A DNA stretch of 64,000 nt. Origin: Chloroflexota bacterium. GTDB taxonomy: Bacteria; Chloroflexota; UBA11872; VXOZ01. Positions 1-12,535 of this stretch are shown in pieces. The notes under the pieces are model-generated. The model searched no databases. It was not told where the DNA came from and saw only the letters and a list, made by a program, of their open reading frames with translations. Location of the stretch: NCBI GenBank assembly GCA_963662335.2, contig CAXXVD010000002.1, forward strand, positions 224,001 to 288,000, in the 5' to 3' direction. The stretch's first letter is position 1; each line of letters starts with the position of its first letter. The position numbers were made by a program, and so were the translations under genes.

Positions 1-2156
<2,156 letters not shown>

Positions 2157-2176
2157 CGCGCGCATTGATCACGGGC

Positions 2177-2204
2177 GTAGGGGCACGACATGTCGTGCCC
2201 CTAC
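2177..2204. repeat. GTAG-type REP palindrome GTAGGGGCACGACAYGTCGTGCCCCTAC (family D)
   Basis: Perfect palindrome. Copies at 12309-12336, 22348-22375 and 24350-24377; variants near 18621, 19046 and 33004. Confidence 0.85.
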
Positions 2205-2307
2205 GCCTGTGATGCCGGCCGCTCACCCTTCGACACGCTCAGGGCGAACGGTAGATGCCACGCCACCGCCGCGCGGTGTGGGCCCTTCGCTATTCACCTG
2301 CAATACC

Positions 2308-2331
2308 GTAGCGCGGGGGCTTGTCCCCCGC
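2308..2331. repeat. GTAG-type REP GTAGCGCGGGGGCTTGTCCCCCGC (family A), the most abundant intergenic repeat
   Basis: Recurs in both orientations near 12472, 18985, 19650-19810, 23256, 28858, 29030, 33066-33243, 34870, 40797, 42048, 42208, 50081, 54184 and 54260. Confidence 0.9.
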
Positions 2332-2499
2332 CGGTGTGCAAGGCACGGAGGGCGATCGCCGCAAGTTTCCCTCCGGCAGACGACGTCCACATCTTGACCC
2401 TACCCTGACGCAGGTTGCAAACCTGCGCTACCGGGCAGGGGCGATGAAGAAGCGCGGGAATGACGGAGGGTGGGCGCTCATTGCAAGGCAAGGACGCGC

Positions 2500-2967
2500 C
2501 TACGCTTGGCGGCGGGGGGTCTGGCGGTCTTCCGAATTCAGGATGATGGTCACCGGCCCGTCGTTGACCAGGGAGAGTCGCATCATCGCGCCGAACTCGC
2601 CGCAGGCCACGGCAATGCCCCGGCCGCGCAGGTCGCTCACAACCTGTTCGATTAAGGGTTCGGCTTCCGCCGGCCGGGCCGAGCGCGTGAAGCTGGGCCG
2701 GCGGCCCTTGCGGGTCTCGCCGTAGAGCGTGAACTGCGAGACCGCCAGCACCGCGCCGCCGACTTCCTGCACCGAGAGGTTCATCTTGCCGGCGTCGTCG
2801 CCAAAGATGCGCAAGGTGGCGAGTTTGGCGGCAATGTAGGCCGCGTCCTCAGCCGTATCGCCGCTCTTCACCGCGATCAGCGCCACCAGCCCGTGGCCGA
2901 TGCTGCCGGTCGTCTTCTCGCCAACGTCCACGCGCGCTTCCCGCACCCGTTGCGCCACAGCCAACAT
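2500..2967 (-). CDS. dtd: D-aminoacyl-tRNA deacylase
   Basis: AQRV, LRIFGDDAGKMNLSV, VSQFTLYG, KGRRPSF and NDGPVT motifs. Confidence 0.95.
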   Translation of the reverse strand: MLAVAQRVREARVDVGEKTTGSIGHGLVALIAVKSGDTAEDAAYIAAKLATLRIFGDDAGKMNLSVQEVGGAVLAVSQFTLYGETRKGRRPSFTRSARPAEAEPLIEQVVSDLRGRGIAVACGEFGAMMRLSLVNDGPVTIILNSEDRQTPRRQA

Positions 2968-3282
2968 ACGCGGTACCTTACAGAGGGGTCAGTCAAGCGA
3001 CAAAGTCCCTGCAAAGTATAGCACGCGGGGTTCCTCCCAGCCGCGCGTCACGTTCTTTCTTCCCCTGCGGTATAATGGTTAAGGACTGGCGCGCGGCAGA
3101 CCCTGGGGGAGGCGAACAGCGCGCCGCGGATTCGTCAGCCTATATTTCCGCAGACGGGACGCCCGGTCATAGAGAAGACCTGCGGCCGGCTTCCGCGCGG
3201 ACGTCCGACTTCGACAGAGACGTCGACTTCGACGCAGACGGGCTGCGTGCACGCGCAGCAAGACAAAGGAGGTTGCACGGGA

Positions 3283-4326
3283 ATGGACCAAACCCAGAAA
3301 CCGACGGAACAGGTTGCCGATTCGGAACTTCCGGTACGTGACTCCGGCGATCTCGCCAACTACGAGCGCGACCAACTCATCGACTTCTACTCCAGCATGT
3401 TATTCGTCAGGCGCTTCGAGGAGCGCGTGGCGGAGATGTACCTGCGCGCCAAGATTGGCGGCTACTGCCACCTGAACATCGGCGAAGAGGCCTCCGTCGT
3501 TGGCATGCTCAAAGCGTTGCGAGAAGACGACTATTTCTTTGGCAGCTATCGCGTGCACGGCTCCGCAATCGTGCGCGACGTGCCGGCCGGCGCGGTAATG
3601 GCGGAACTCTTCGGCAAGCGCGACGGCTGCGCCCGCGGCCGCGGCGGCTCCATGCACCTGGTGGATCCCGACCGCCGCTTCATGGGCGGCTACGGCATCG
3701 TCGGCGGCAGCATTCCGCTCTCCACCGGCGTCGCCTTTGCCAGCAAGTACCGGGGCACGGACGAAATCGTGATGTCGGTCTTTGGCGACGGGGCCACGAA
3801 TATCGGCGCGTTTCACGAGGCGCTGAACATGGCCAGCCTCTGGAAACTGCCCAACCTCTTCATCTGCACCAACAACCAGTACGGCATGGGCACCAGCGTC
3901 GCCCGCGCTTCCGCCGTGACCGAACTCTGGAAGAAAGGCGTGGCCTACGACATCCCCGGCTATAAGGTCAACGGCATGGACGTGCTGGCGGTCTACCAGC
4001 TTACCAAGAAACTGGTGGAGGAGGTGCGCCGCACCAGCGAGCCGATTTTCGTGGAGTGCGTGACCTACCGCTACCGGGGCCACTCCATGGCCGACGCCGG
4101 CAAGAACTACCGCACGGAAGAGGAAATCGCGGAGTGGCGCGCGCGCGATCCGGTGGAGAACTTCCGCCAACGCCTGCTCGAGGGCGAGATCTTCACGCAA
4201 AACGACGCCGACGCCATTGAAGACGACGTGCTGGCGCGGGTGCAGGACGCGGTGGACTTTGCCGAGGAGAGCCCGTTCCCGGACGTGGCCGACCTGCACC
4301 AGTTCGTGTACGCGGAGGACGGCTAG
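3283..4326 (+). CDS. pdhA: Pyruvate dehydrogenase E1 alpha subunit
   Basis: KIGGYCHL, GRGGSMH, TPP-binding GDGA...NNQY and YRYRGHSMAD motifs. AAGGAGGT RBS before ATG 3283. Confidence 0.92.
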   Translation: MDQTQKPTEQVADSELPVRDSGDLANYERDQLIDFYSSMLFVRRFEERVAEMYLRAKIGGYCHLNIGEEASVVGMLKALREDDYFFGSYRVHGSAIVRDVPAGAVMAELFGKRDGCARGRGGSMHLVDPDRRFMGGYGIVGGSIPLSTGVAFASKYRGTDEIVMSVFGDGATNIGAFHEALNMASLWKLPNLFICTNNQYGMGTSVARASAVTELWKKGVAYDIPGYKVNGMDVLAVYQLTKKLVEEVRRTSEPIFVECVTYRYRGHSMADAGKNYRTEEEIAEWRARDPVENFRQRLLEGEIFTQNDADAIEDDVLARVQDAVDFAEESPFPDVADLHQFVYAEDG

Positions 4327-4328
4327 CC

Positions 4329-5306
4329 ATGGCCGAAATCACCTACCGCGAAGCCTTGCGCGACGCCCTGATCGAAGAGATGGACCACGACCCGGACGTC
4401 CTGGTCATGGGCGAAGAGGTCGGCGTCTTCCAGGGCGCGTACAAAGTTACCGAAGGTCTGCTGGACCGCTTTGGCGAGAAGCGCGTGGTGGATACGCCCA
4501 TCGCCGAGGAAGGCTTTATCGGCATCGGGGCCGGCGCGGCCATGACGGGACTGCGGCCCGTGGTCGAACTTATGACCATCAACTTCGGCATGGTGGCCAT
4601 GGACCAGATCGCCAATCACGCCGCCAAGATCAGCTACATGTTCGGCGGCCGGCTCAAGTGCCCCATGGTCATTCGCGCCCCCGGCGGCGGCGGCCAGCAA
4701 CTCACGGCCCAGCACTCGCACAGCCTGGACGTCTGGTTTGCCTACATCCCCGGCTTGAAAGTGGTCGCGCCGGCCGTGCCCGCCGACGCCAAGGGCATGC
4801 TCAAGACCGCCATCCGCGACGACAACCCGGTGATGTTCCTGGAACACCTGGCGCTCTACAACACACGCGGCGTGGTGCCGGAAGGCGAGCACACGGTGCC
4901 GTTTGGGGAAGCGGACGTGAAGCGCGTGGGCAGCGACGTTACGCTCATCGCCCACTCGCGTATGGCGCTCTTTGCGCTGCAAGCCGCCGCCCAACTGAGC
5001 GAAGAGGGCATCAGCGCGGAAGTCATCGACCTGCGCAGTATCCGCCCGCTGGACGTGGAGACGCTGGTCCACTCGGTGGAGAAGACGAACCACTGCGTGA
5101 TCGCGGAAGAAGAGCACCGCTCGTTTGGCGTGAACGCCGAGGTGGCCGCCACCATCTATGAAGAGGCGTTCGACCATTTGGACGCCCCTATCGGCCGGGT
5201 TGGCGGCGTGGAAGTGCCCATGCCCTACTCCAAACCGCTGGAACAAGCCGTAATACCTGGGCCGGAAAGCATCGTCAACGCCGTCAAGGCCACCCTCAAC
5301 CGGTAG
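4329..5306 (+). CDS. pdhB: Pyruvate dehydrogenase E1 beta subunit
   Basis: GEEVG, DTPIAE, QHS and DLRSIRPLD motifs; operonic with pdhA. Confidence 0.92.
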   Translation: MAEITYREALRDALIEEMDHDPDVLVMGEEVGVFQGAYKVTEGLLDRFGEKRVVDTPIAEEGFIGIGAGAAMTGLRPVVELMTINFGMVAMDQIANHAAKISYMFGGRLKCPMVIRAPGGGGQQLTAQHSHSLDVWFAYIPGLKVVAPAVPADAKGMLKTAIRDDNPVMFLEHLALYNTRGVVPEGEHTVPFGEADVKRVGSDVTLIAHSRMALFALQAAAQLSEEGISAEVIDLRSIRPLDVETLVHSVEKTNHCVIAEEEHRSFGVNAEVAATIYEEAFDHLDAPIGRVGGVEVPMPYSKPLEQAVIPGPESIVNAVKATLNR

Positions 5307-5333
5307 GCGGCAGAAAGAGGACTACTCCACATC

Positions 5334-6581
5334 ATGGCGCGCGAAGTCCCCATGCCCCGCCTCAGCGATACCATGGAGGAAGGCCGTGTCCTCCAGTGGT
5401 ATAAGCAGGTGGGCGACAGCGTGGCGAAAGGCGAATTGCTGGCCGAGATCGAGACCGACAAAGCGGTGATGGACCTGGAGTCGGTCGAGGAAGGCACACT
5501 GCTGCAACTGCTGGTGGCGGAGGGCGGCTCGGCCGCCTTGGGCGCGCCAATCGCGCTGGTGGGCGACGCGAGCGAACTGGGCAGCGAGGCCGCGGCCGCC
5601 GCGCCTGCGGCTGAGTCCGCGCCCGCGACTGCGGCGGCGCAGCCAAGCGCCGCCGCAAGCGACGGCGGCCCGCCGCCTACGTCATTTGCGCCGCAAGCCG
5701 CCGGGCAAGAGACCGGCGCAAGGCAAGATACCGGCCGTATCAAAGCCTCGCCGCTCGCCCGCCGCATCGCCGCCGAACAAGGCGTAGACCTTTCCCAAAT
5801 TGCGGGCACCGGGCCCGGCGGCCGCATCGTCAAGGACGACGTGGAGAACGCCGCCCGCACCGCGGCCGCGGCGGAAGACCCCGCCGCAATGCCAAGCGAG
5901 ACCGAGGTGGCGTCGCCCTCGCGCATGCAGGCCACTATCATCCGGCGCATGTTGGAGAGCAAGACCACCGTGCCCCACTTCTACCTGACGATGGAAGTGG
6001 ACATGAGCGCCGCCAAGGCCATGCGCGCCGAGGTGAACGCCGCCTGGAGCGAGGAAGAGCGGATCAGCTACAACGACATTGTAATCCGGGCCACCGCGCT
6101 TGCGCTGATGCGGCACCCAGACGCCAACGGCTCGTACCGCGACGGCGGCTTCGTCTACCACCAGGCGGCCAACATCGGCATTGCCGTGGCCGTGCCCGAG
6201 GGTCTGCTGGTGCCCGTGCTCAAGAACTGCGACACCAAGCCGCTGCGCCAACTGGCCGTGGAAGCGAAAGTGCTGGCGGAGCGCACGCGGCAAGGCCGCA
6301 ACCGCCCCGGCGACCTGGAAGGCGGCACGTTTACGGTCTCGAATCTCGGCATGTTCGGCGTGCGCGATTTCTACGCCATTGTCAATCCGCCGCAGGCCGC
6401 CATCATCGCGGTGGGCGCGATCGAGCCGCGTCCGGTTGTCCGCGATGGCGAGATCGTCGCGCGCGACATCATGTACCTCAGCATCTCCGCCGACCACCGC
6501 ATCCTCTACGGCGCGCCCGCCGCCGAGTTCCTGCGCGACTTGAAAGACCTGCTGGAGAATCCGTACAACCTCTTGATTTAA
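5334..6581 (+). CDS. pdhC: Dihydrolipoamide acetyltransferase E2 (one lipoyl domain)
   Basis: ETDKA lipoyl motif, ASPLARRIA E3-binding domain, GTFTVSNLG and DHR catalytic motif. Confidence 0.92.
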   Translation: MAREVPMPRLSDTMEEGRVLQWYKQVGDSVAKGELLAEIETDKAVMDLESVEEGTLLQLLVAEGGSAALGAPIALVGDASELGSEAAAAAPAAESAPATAAAQPSAAASDGGPPPTSFAPQAAGQETGARQDTGRIKASPLARRIAAEQGVDLSQIAGTGPGGRIVKDDVENAARTAAAAEDPAAMPSETEVASPSRMQATIIRRMLESKTTVPHFYLTMEVDMSAAKAMRAEVNAAWSEEERISYNDIVIRATALALMRHPDANGSYRDGGFVYHQAANIGIAVAVPEGLLVPVLKNCDTKPLRQLAVEAKVLAERTRQGRNRPGDLEGGTFTVSNLGMFGVRDFYAIVNPPQAAIIAVGAIEPRPVVRDGEIVARDIMYLSISADHRILYGAPAAEFLRDLKDLLENPYNLLI

Positions 6582-6700
6582 CGCGCGCGTTTCCTCAACT
6601 CGCTAGTAGACGACAAGGGGCGAACCCAGCGTTCGCCCCGCTTGATTCTGGTCTGAGTGAATCTTACTTTGCCGCGAGCGACGTGACGGTCATTGTGACT

Positions 6701-6775
6701 GTCATTCTGAGGAGCGCAGCGACGAAGAATCTAGGGCGCGAGCGGCACGAGATTCCTCGCTGCGCTCGGAATGAC
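6701..6775. repeat. Inverted doublet repeat GTCATTCYGAG(GA)GCGCAGCGA(C)GAAKAATCT ... AGATTCCTCGCTGCGCTCGGAATGAC (family B)
   Basis: Similar doublets near 23377-23490, 30986-31086, 31302-31403, 35137-35238, 43413-43487 and 55019-55125. Confidence 0.85.
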
Positions 6776-6942
6776 GGGAGACGCGGCTTCAGTCTCTCGT
6801 TGAGACTGATAATACGGCTGCAATTTGATTCCTGACTAGCGCATTGGGCAAGATGGAAGGAGCGTGCGGCGCACGCTATCCCGGCAATTGCATGGCCAAC
6901 AAAACCGCCTACAGGCAAAGACACAGTAGAGAAAGAAGCGCA

Positions 6943-8358
6943 ATGTCAGACAAATCGTACGACGTGGTGATCATCGGCGGCGGGCCCGGCGGCTATCCGG
7001 CCGCCATTCGCGGCGCGCAACTTGGCCTGAAGGTGGCCGTGGTGGAGAAAGACCAGGTCGGCGGCGTCTGTCTCCACAAGGGCTGCATCCCCACCAAGGC
7101 GCTGCTCGAGTCCGCCGAGCGCCTGCACCACGCCCGTGACGAGAGCGCGGCGTTCGGCGTCGTGGCGCCGGACGTTTCCTTCGATTACGCCAAAGTGCTG
7201 GCGCGCAAGTCCCAGGTGGTGGGGCAACTCCACAAGGGCGTGCAGGGCCTGCTGCAACGCAACAGGATCGACGTATTCTACGGCGCCGGCGCACTCACTT
7301 CGCCCCAGTCAGTGCGCGTGGCGGGCAACGACGGCGACCACGACCTGCGCGCCGCCAACGTCGTCATCGCCACCGGCTCACGCCCCCGCAGCCTGCCCGG
7401 GCTGGAACTGAACGGCACAACCGTCATCAGCAGCGACCACGCGCTGGAACTCACGACGCTGCCAAAGTCGATAATCATACTCGGGGCGGGAGCGGTAGGC
7501 GTGGAGTGGGCCAGCCTCTTCCACGACTTTGGCGTTGCGGTCACGATCGTGGAAATCATGCCGGCGCTGGTACCACTGGAAGACAACGACGTCGGCAAGG
7601 AACTCGGCCGCTCGTTCACCCGGCGCGGCATCACCGTCAAGACCGGCGCCAAGCTGCTGGTGGAGAGCCTAAAGAGCGAGGAAAAGTCCGTATCCGTGGA
7701 CGTCGAGACGGCGGGCAAGCGAGAGTCCTTGCAGGCGGACCTGCTGCTCGTGGCCGTGGGCCGCGCCGGCAACGTGGAAGAACTCGGCCTGGAGGCGCTC
7801 GGCGTAAAGACGGAGCGCGGCGTGATTCCGGTTGACGGCTGCGGCCGCACCAACGTGCCGCACGTCTACGCGATTGGCGACGTGGCCGGCGGCTACCTGC
7901 TCGCCCACAAAGCCACCGCCGAGGGGCATATCGTCATGGAACACCTGGCCGGCGAGGAGACCTATCCCTTAGACCCCAACCGCGTGCCGCGCGCCACGTA
8001 CTGCCGGCCCGAAATCGCCAGCAGCGGCCTTACGGAACAGGAAGCCGCCGATCAGGGCCGGGACGTGAAAGTAGGCCGTTTCCCCTTTGCCGCCCTGGGG
8101 CGGGCGCTCATCAAGGGGCAAACCGAAGGCTTCGTCAAGCTGGTCAGCGACGCCGGGACCGGCGAAATCCTGGGCGCGCACGCCATCGGCCCCAACGCCA
8201 CCGACATCATCGCCGAGATGGGACTGGCCCAACTGCTGGAAGCCACGCCGCTGGAGGTCGGCCTGAACGTCCATCCGCACCCGACGCTCTCGGAGGCGGT
8301 CATGGAAGCCGCCTGGGACGTCGACCGCCGCGCCATCCACGTCTTCCGCCGACAGTAG
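6943..8358 (+). CDS. lpdA: Dihydrolipoamide dehydrogenase E3
   Basis: GGGPGGY, GGVCLHKGCIPTK redox disulfide and HPHPTLSE motifs. Confidence 0.95.
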   Translation: MSDKSYDVVIIGGGPGGYPAAIRGAQLGLKVAVVEKDQVGGVCLHKGCIPTKALLESAERLHHARDESAAFGVVAPDVSFDYAKVLARKSQVVGQLHKGVQGLLQRNRIDVFYGAGALTSPQSVRVAGNDGDHDLRAANVVIATGSRPRSLPGLELNGTTVISSDHALELTTLPKSIIILGAGAVGVEWASLFHDFGVAVTIVEIMPALVPLEDNDVGKELGRSFTRRGITVKTGAKLLVESLKSEEKSVSVDVETAGKRESLQADLLLVAVGRAGNVEELGLEALGVKTERGVIPVDGCGRTNVPHVYAIGDVAGGYLLAHKATAEGHIVMEHLAGEETYPLDPNRVPRATYCRPEIASSGLTEQEAADQGRDVKVGRFPFAALGRALIKGQTEGFVKLVSDAGTGEILGAHAIGPNATDIIAEMGLAQLLEATPLEVGLNVHPHPTLSEAVMEAAWDVDRRAIHVFRRQ

Positions 8359-8380
8359 GCCAAAATCCCCTCTCCCTTAA

Positions 8381-9630
8381 GGAGACCTTTGCATAAACCC
8401 TAGTGTAGGGGTGAAAATAGGGAGAGGCAGGCCTGCGCTAACCGGAGGGTGTCATGCACCAGGAACTGGGTCGACCGTCACTGAGCGAGTATATGTTGCC
8501 GGAGGGATTGGGGCAGAACGAGCGGTTGGAGCGGATAGAAGCGGCGGTGGATTGGGAGCGGATGGGGGAGTTGGTGGCGGGCATCTATGGGTCTGAGCGG
8601 GGACGGCCAAGCTACCCACCGTTGCTGATGGTGAAGGTGTTGTTGTTGCAGCAGTGGTACAACCTATCGGATCCGGTGATGGAGGAGATGTTGCGGGATC
8701 GGCTCTCGTTCCGGCGGTTCGTGGGGTTGGGGCTTGCGGACAAGACGCCGGATCACTCGACGCTGAGCCGGTTTCGGGGGCAGATCGCGGCGCGTGGGTT
8801 GAGCGAAGCGTTGTTTGCGGAGTTGGGGGCGCAGTTTGAGGAGCGTGGGTTGGTGGTGAAGAACGGGACGTTGCTGGACGCGACGCTGGTGGAAGCGCAG
8901 GTGCGGCGGCCGCCGGTGAAAGCGGGGCTGGGGAAGAAGGGTAAGAAAGACCCGGACGCGGATTGGACGCGCAGCGGGGCCAAGCGGCAAGCGCACTACG
9001 GGTACAAGGCGCACGTGGGGATGGACTTAGGGTCGGGGCTGGTGCGGCGGGCGGAACTGACGCCGGCCAAGGTGTCTGAGAGTGAGGTGGCAGACCGCTT
9101 GGTCTGTGGCGATGAACCGGCGGTGTACGCGGACAAGGCGTACGAGTCCAAGCGGCGGCGGGAGTGGCTGCGGTCACAGGGGATAGACGATTGCATCATG
9201 CACCGGTCGCACAAGCACCAGCGGGAATTGCCGCAGTGGCAGCAGGAGCGCAACGCGCGGATAGCGCGGGTGCGGGCGGTAGTGGAGCGGGTGTTCGGCA
9301 CGCTGAAGCGGAGTTACGGCTACCGGCGGGTGCGCTACCGGGGCCTGGGCCGCAACGGCGTGGAGGTGTGGTTCAAACTGATAGCGTACAACCTGCGGAC
9401 GGCGGAGACGTTGCTGGCACGCGCGGCCTAACCGAGAAAGGCAGAGCAGAGACGGCGGGAACCCGGTTCCCGCACCACCACAGCACCAAACTGACCCCTG
9501 CGCGGGGGCAAAGAGCCCGCTCAATACTCACGCACGGGCGAAGAACACCCCCCGGCGGAAGCTGAAAAATCCGCTTCCCAGCCCGGAACACCTATGTCTC
9601 GCCCAAAACCAGGATTACGCAAAGGTCTCC
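8381..9630 (+). mobile_element. IS5-family insertion sequence (IS1106-like ends)
   Basis: Terminal IRs GGAGACCTTTGCATAA (8381-8396) and TTACGCAAAGGTCTCC (9615-9630) match at 15/16. Flanks TTAA/TTGA are an imperfect 4-bp duplication. Encloses a transposase. Confidence 0.9.
8454..9431 (+). CDS. IS5-family DDE transposase
   Basis: GRPSYP, LQQWYNLSD, PDHSTLSRFR, DATL, GYKAH, ADKAY and VERVFG motifs. Confidence 0.95.
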   Translation: MHQELGRPSLSEYMLPEGLGQNERLERIEAAVDWERMGELVAGIYGSERGRPSYPPLLMVKVLLLQQWYNLSDPVMEEMLRDRLSFRRFVGLGLADKTPDHSTLSRFRGQIAARGLSEALFAELGAQFEERGLVVKNGTLLDATLVEAQVRRPPVKAGLGKKGKKDPDADWTRSGAKRQAHYGYKAHVGMDLGSGLVRRAELTPAKVSESEVADRLVCGDEPAVYADKAYESKRRREWLRSQGIDDCIMHRSHKHQRELPQWQQERNARIARVRAVVERVFGTLKRSYGYRRVRYRGLGRNGVEVWFKLIAYNLRTAETLLARAA

Positions 9631-9638
9631 TTGAGACG

Positions 9639-10268
9639 ATGGCAGACCGCATTCTCGACGCAACCGATCCCGCCGCCATTCAGCGCGCGGCGGCCATACT
9701 CCGCGCAGGCGGCATCGTCGCTTATCCCACCGACACCGTGTACGGGCTGGGCGCGAACGTGTTTCTGCCGGCGGCTCTGGAGAAAGTGGTGGCGGCCAAG
9801 CGGCGGCCGGAAGAGAAGCACTTGCCGGTGCTCATCGGCGCGCAAGCGCAACTGAAAGATCTCGTTACAAGCATTACGCCGGACGCGGAGAAACTGATGG
9901 CGGCATTCTGGCCCGGCGCGCTCACGCTCGTCCTGCCCAAGCGGCCGGAACTCTCGCCGTTGCTGGGCGACACGACCCTGGGCGCGCGGCTGCCGGACCA
10001 TCCGGCAATTCTGGAGTTGCTCGCGGCGGCCGGCGTGCCCATCACCGGCACCAGCGCCAACCGCAGCGGCCATCCGTCCGCCACCACGGCGCAAGCGGCG
10101 TGGGAGCAATTGGGCGCGGCGGTAGACCTGATTCTCGACGGCGGGCCGGCGCGCAGCAGCACGCCTTCCACCGTGATAGACTGCACGGTGCGGCCGGCGC
10201 GCATCTTGCGTGAAGGGGCGCTTACGCGGAGCGCGCTCGCCGCTGTCGCAGCAGTCCGCGCGCCCTAG
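9639..10268 (+). CDS. tsaC: L-threonylcarbamoyladenylate synthase (Sua5/YrdC)
   Basis: [30 protein letters not shown] and PSTVID motifs. Start placed at ATG 9639, just outside the IS5 IR. Confidence 0.9.
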   Translation: MADRILDATDPAAIQRAAAILRAGGIVAYPTDTVYGLGANVFLPAALEKVVAAKRRPEEKHLPVLIGAQAQLKDLVTSITPDAEKLMAAFWPGALTLVLPKRPELSPLLGDTTLGARLPDHPAILELLAAAGVPITGTSANRSGHPSATTAQAAWEQLGAAVDLILDGGPARSSTPSTVIDCTVRPARILREGALTRSALAAVAAVRAP

Positions 10269-10722
10269 CCCAGAGCGCGGCCTCGTTGGCGAAGCTCAGC
10301 GTGCTCGTCACCCGCTCTTCCGGCACCCACAGGACGGCGTGCACCTCCGGGCTGGCGTCGTTGGCGCTGCCGCCGACGTACTCCATCAAGTAGAACTGGG
10401 CGGTCTTCGCAACCTGGCGGCCCCGGGCGCGAAAGACGTAGCGAATCGCGCCCACGCGCTCTACGATGCGCGCGTCTACGCCGGTTTCTTCCTTCACCTC
10501 GCGCAGGGCGGCGGCGCTGGCCGTTTCGCCGTGCTCCAGGTGGCCTTTCGGGAAGATCCAGCCGTCGTGGGCGCTGCTCTGGGTCACCAGCACGTTCAGC
10601 CCGCCGTTCTGCTCGCGGTAGACGATGCCGCCCGCGGAAATCTCTTTGTGCGGGCGGCGCTTCCGGTGGCGTTGCGGCGGAGGCGGCTTGCGGGCGCCAG
10701 GCTGTGTGCGCTTGCGGTTCAT
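10222..10722 (-). CDS. NUDIX hydrolase
   Basis: Nudix box [24 protein letters not shown]. Its 3' end overlaps the convergent tsaC. Confidence 0.88.
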   Translation of the reverse strand: MNRKRTQPGARKPPPPQRHRKRRPHKEISAGGIVYREQNGGLNVLVTQSSAHDGWIFPKGHLEHGETASAAALREVKEETGVDARIVERVGAIRYVFRARGRQVAKTAQFYLMEYVGGSANDASPEVHAVLWVPEERVTSTLSFANEAALWARARGLLRQRRARSA

Positions 10723-10861
10723 GGCGCTTTTGCAGAGATTGGCTTCAGAAAACTATACTAAGAAGAAAGGCTCACGCTGCCGCGTGAGCGCAATACGACA
10801 AGCACTGCCGAAACGTGGTTCGAGCATACCACGTTTCCCAAACCGAGGTGGAGAATTCTCG

Positions 10862-12133
10862 ATGAGCGTTGCCATAGATATATTGACAGATAAGCTGCCC
10901 CAGGCGCGCGTTGCCTCCCGCGCCGTGGCGCAACTCGCCACCGCAACCAAGAACGCGGCGCTGCACGCGGTGGCCGCGGCCCTGGAGGCGGAGAGCGAAT
11001 ACCTGATCGCCGAAAACGCCAAAGACGTCTCCGCCGCCGAACAGGCGGCGCTGGACGTCTACACCATCGACCGCCTCACGCTTACGCCCAAAGTGCTGGC
11101 GGGGATTGCCGCCGACGTGCGCAAGGTGGCGGCGCTGGAAGACCCGGTGGGCGCGGTTAGCGAGATGCGCACGGTGGAGAGCGGCATCACGGTCGGGCGC
11201 ATTCGCGTGCCCTTTGGCGTGGTGGGCGCGATCTACGAGTCCCGGCCCAACGTGACCGTGGACATCGCCTGTCTCTGCTTCAAGTCCGGGAACGCCGTGG
11301 TGCTGCGCGGCGGTTCCGAGGCGATCCACAGCAACATCGCCCTGGCGCGGGTGATCCACGACGCCGGGCTGGAAGCCGGCGCGCCGCCGAACTGGGTGCA
11401 ACTGATCGAGGACACCGACCGCGAACTGGTGCACCGCATGTTGCGCGCCAAAGGCGAGATCGACCTGGTGATCCCGCGCGGCGGGGCCGGCCTGATCAAC
11501 TTCGTGGTGGAGAACGCGACCGTGCCGGTGATCGAGACCGGCGCCGGCGTCTGCCATACCTACGTGGACGCCCACGCCGACCTGGAAAAAGCCCAGCGCA
11601 TCGTGGTGAACGCCAAGACCCGGCGCTATACAATCTGCAACGCCCTGGATACGCTGCTGGTGCACGCGGACGTGGCGCGGGAGTTTCTGCCGGCCGTCTT
11701 TCCCGATTTGGCGGCGGCGGACGTGGAGATTCACGGCTGCCCGCGCACCCAGGCCATCCTGGGCGAGTCGCTCCGGGTGCGGCCGGCCACGGACGACGAC
11801 TGGGGCACGGAGTTTCTGGCGCTGACCATGGCGGTGAAGGTGGTGGACGACTTCGAGGCCGCCCTGGAGCACCTGCACGCCTACACTTCCGGCCACTCGG
11901 AGGCGATCGTGACGCAGGACTATACCGCCGGCCAGCGCTTCATGCGCGAAGTAGACGCCGCCGCCCTCTACTGGAACGCTTCGACCCAGTTCACCGATGG
12001 CGCGCAGTTCGGCCTCGGCGCGGAGGTGGGCATCAGCACCCAGAAGCTCCACGCCCGCGGCCCCATGGCCCTGCACGAGATGACGACGTACAAGTGGCTG
12101 GTCTACGGCGACGGCGCGACGCGGCCGCGCTAA
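10862..12133 (+). CDS. proA: Gamma-glutamyl phosphate reductase
   Basis: IYESRPNVT, KSGNAVVLRGGSEA, ICNALDT and GAEVGISTQKLHARGP motifs. Confidence 0.96.
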   Translation: MSVAIDILTDKLPQARVASRAVAQLATATKNAALHAVAAALEAESEYLIAENAKDVSAAEQAALDVYTIDRLTLTPKVLAGIAADVRKVAALEDPVGAVSEMRTVESGITVGRIRVPFGVVGAIYESRPNVTVDIACLCFKSGNAVVLRGGSEAIHSNIALARVIHDAGLEAGAPPNWVQLIEDTDRELVHRMLRAKGEIDLVIPRGGAGLINFVVENATVPVIETGAGVCHTYVDAHADLEKAQRIVVNAKTRRYTICNALDTLLVHADVAREFLPAVFPDLAAADVEIHGCPRTQAILGESLRVRPATDDDWGTEFLALTMAVKVVDDFEAALEHLHAYTSGHSEAIVTQDYTAGQRFMREVDAAALYWNASTQFTDGAQFGLGAEVGISTQKLHARGPMALHEMTTYKWLVYGDGATRPR

Positions 12134-12535
12134 CCGCGCGCCGCGGCCGCGCAACGTCGTCTCCGCTCGCGCAACGCCGCCTCCGCTGGCGCGACATCAT
12201 CTCCGGTAGCGCAGGTTTGCAGCCTGCGCCCGCGCGGGTCGTCTCGCGAGTCGCCCGCCAATGCGGAAGGCAATCACAAGAACGCCTTTACCCCACTTAT
12301 CAAACGGCGTAGGGGCACGACATGTCGTGCCCCTACGCCGTCTCGATGGAGTTTCAAGGCTCGTAGCAGCGCGTAGCCGCTATCGACTACAATGCGGCGG
12401 TCTCCGCGACAGCATCGAGGCGTACCCCTAAGTCATTCCGAGCGCAGCCGGCGAACCGTGGCTTGCGAACCGTAGCGCGGGGGCTTGTCCCCCGCTCTTG
12501 AGCGCGAATGCTGCCGGACGCCGAGGGCAGATCGG

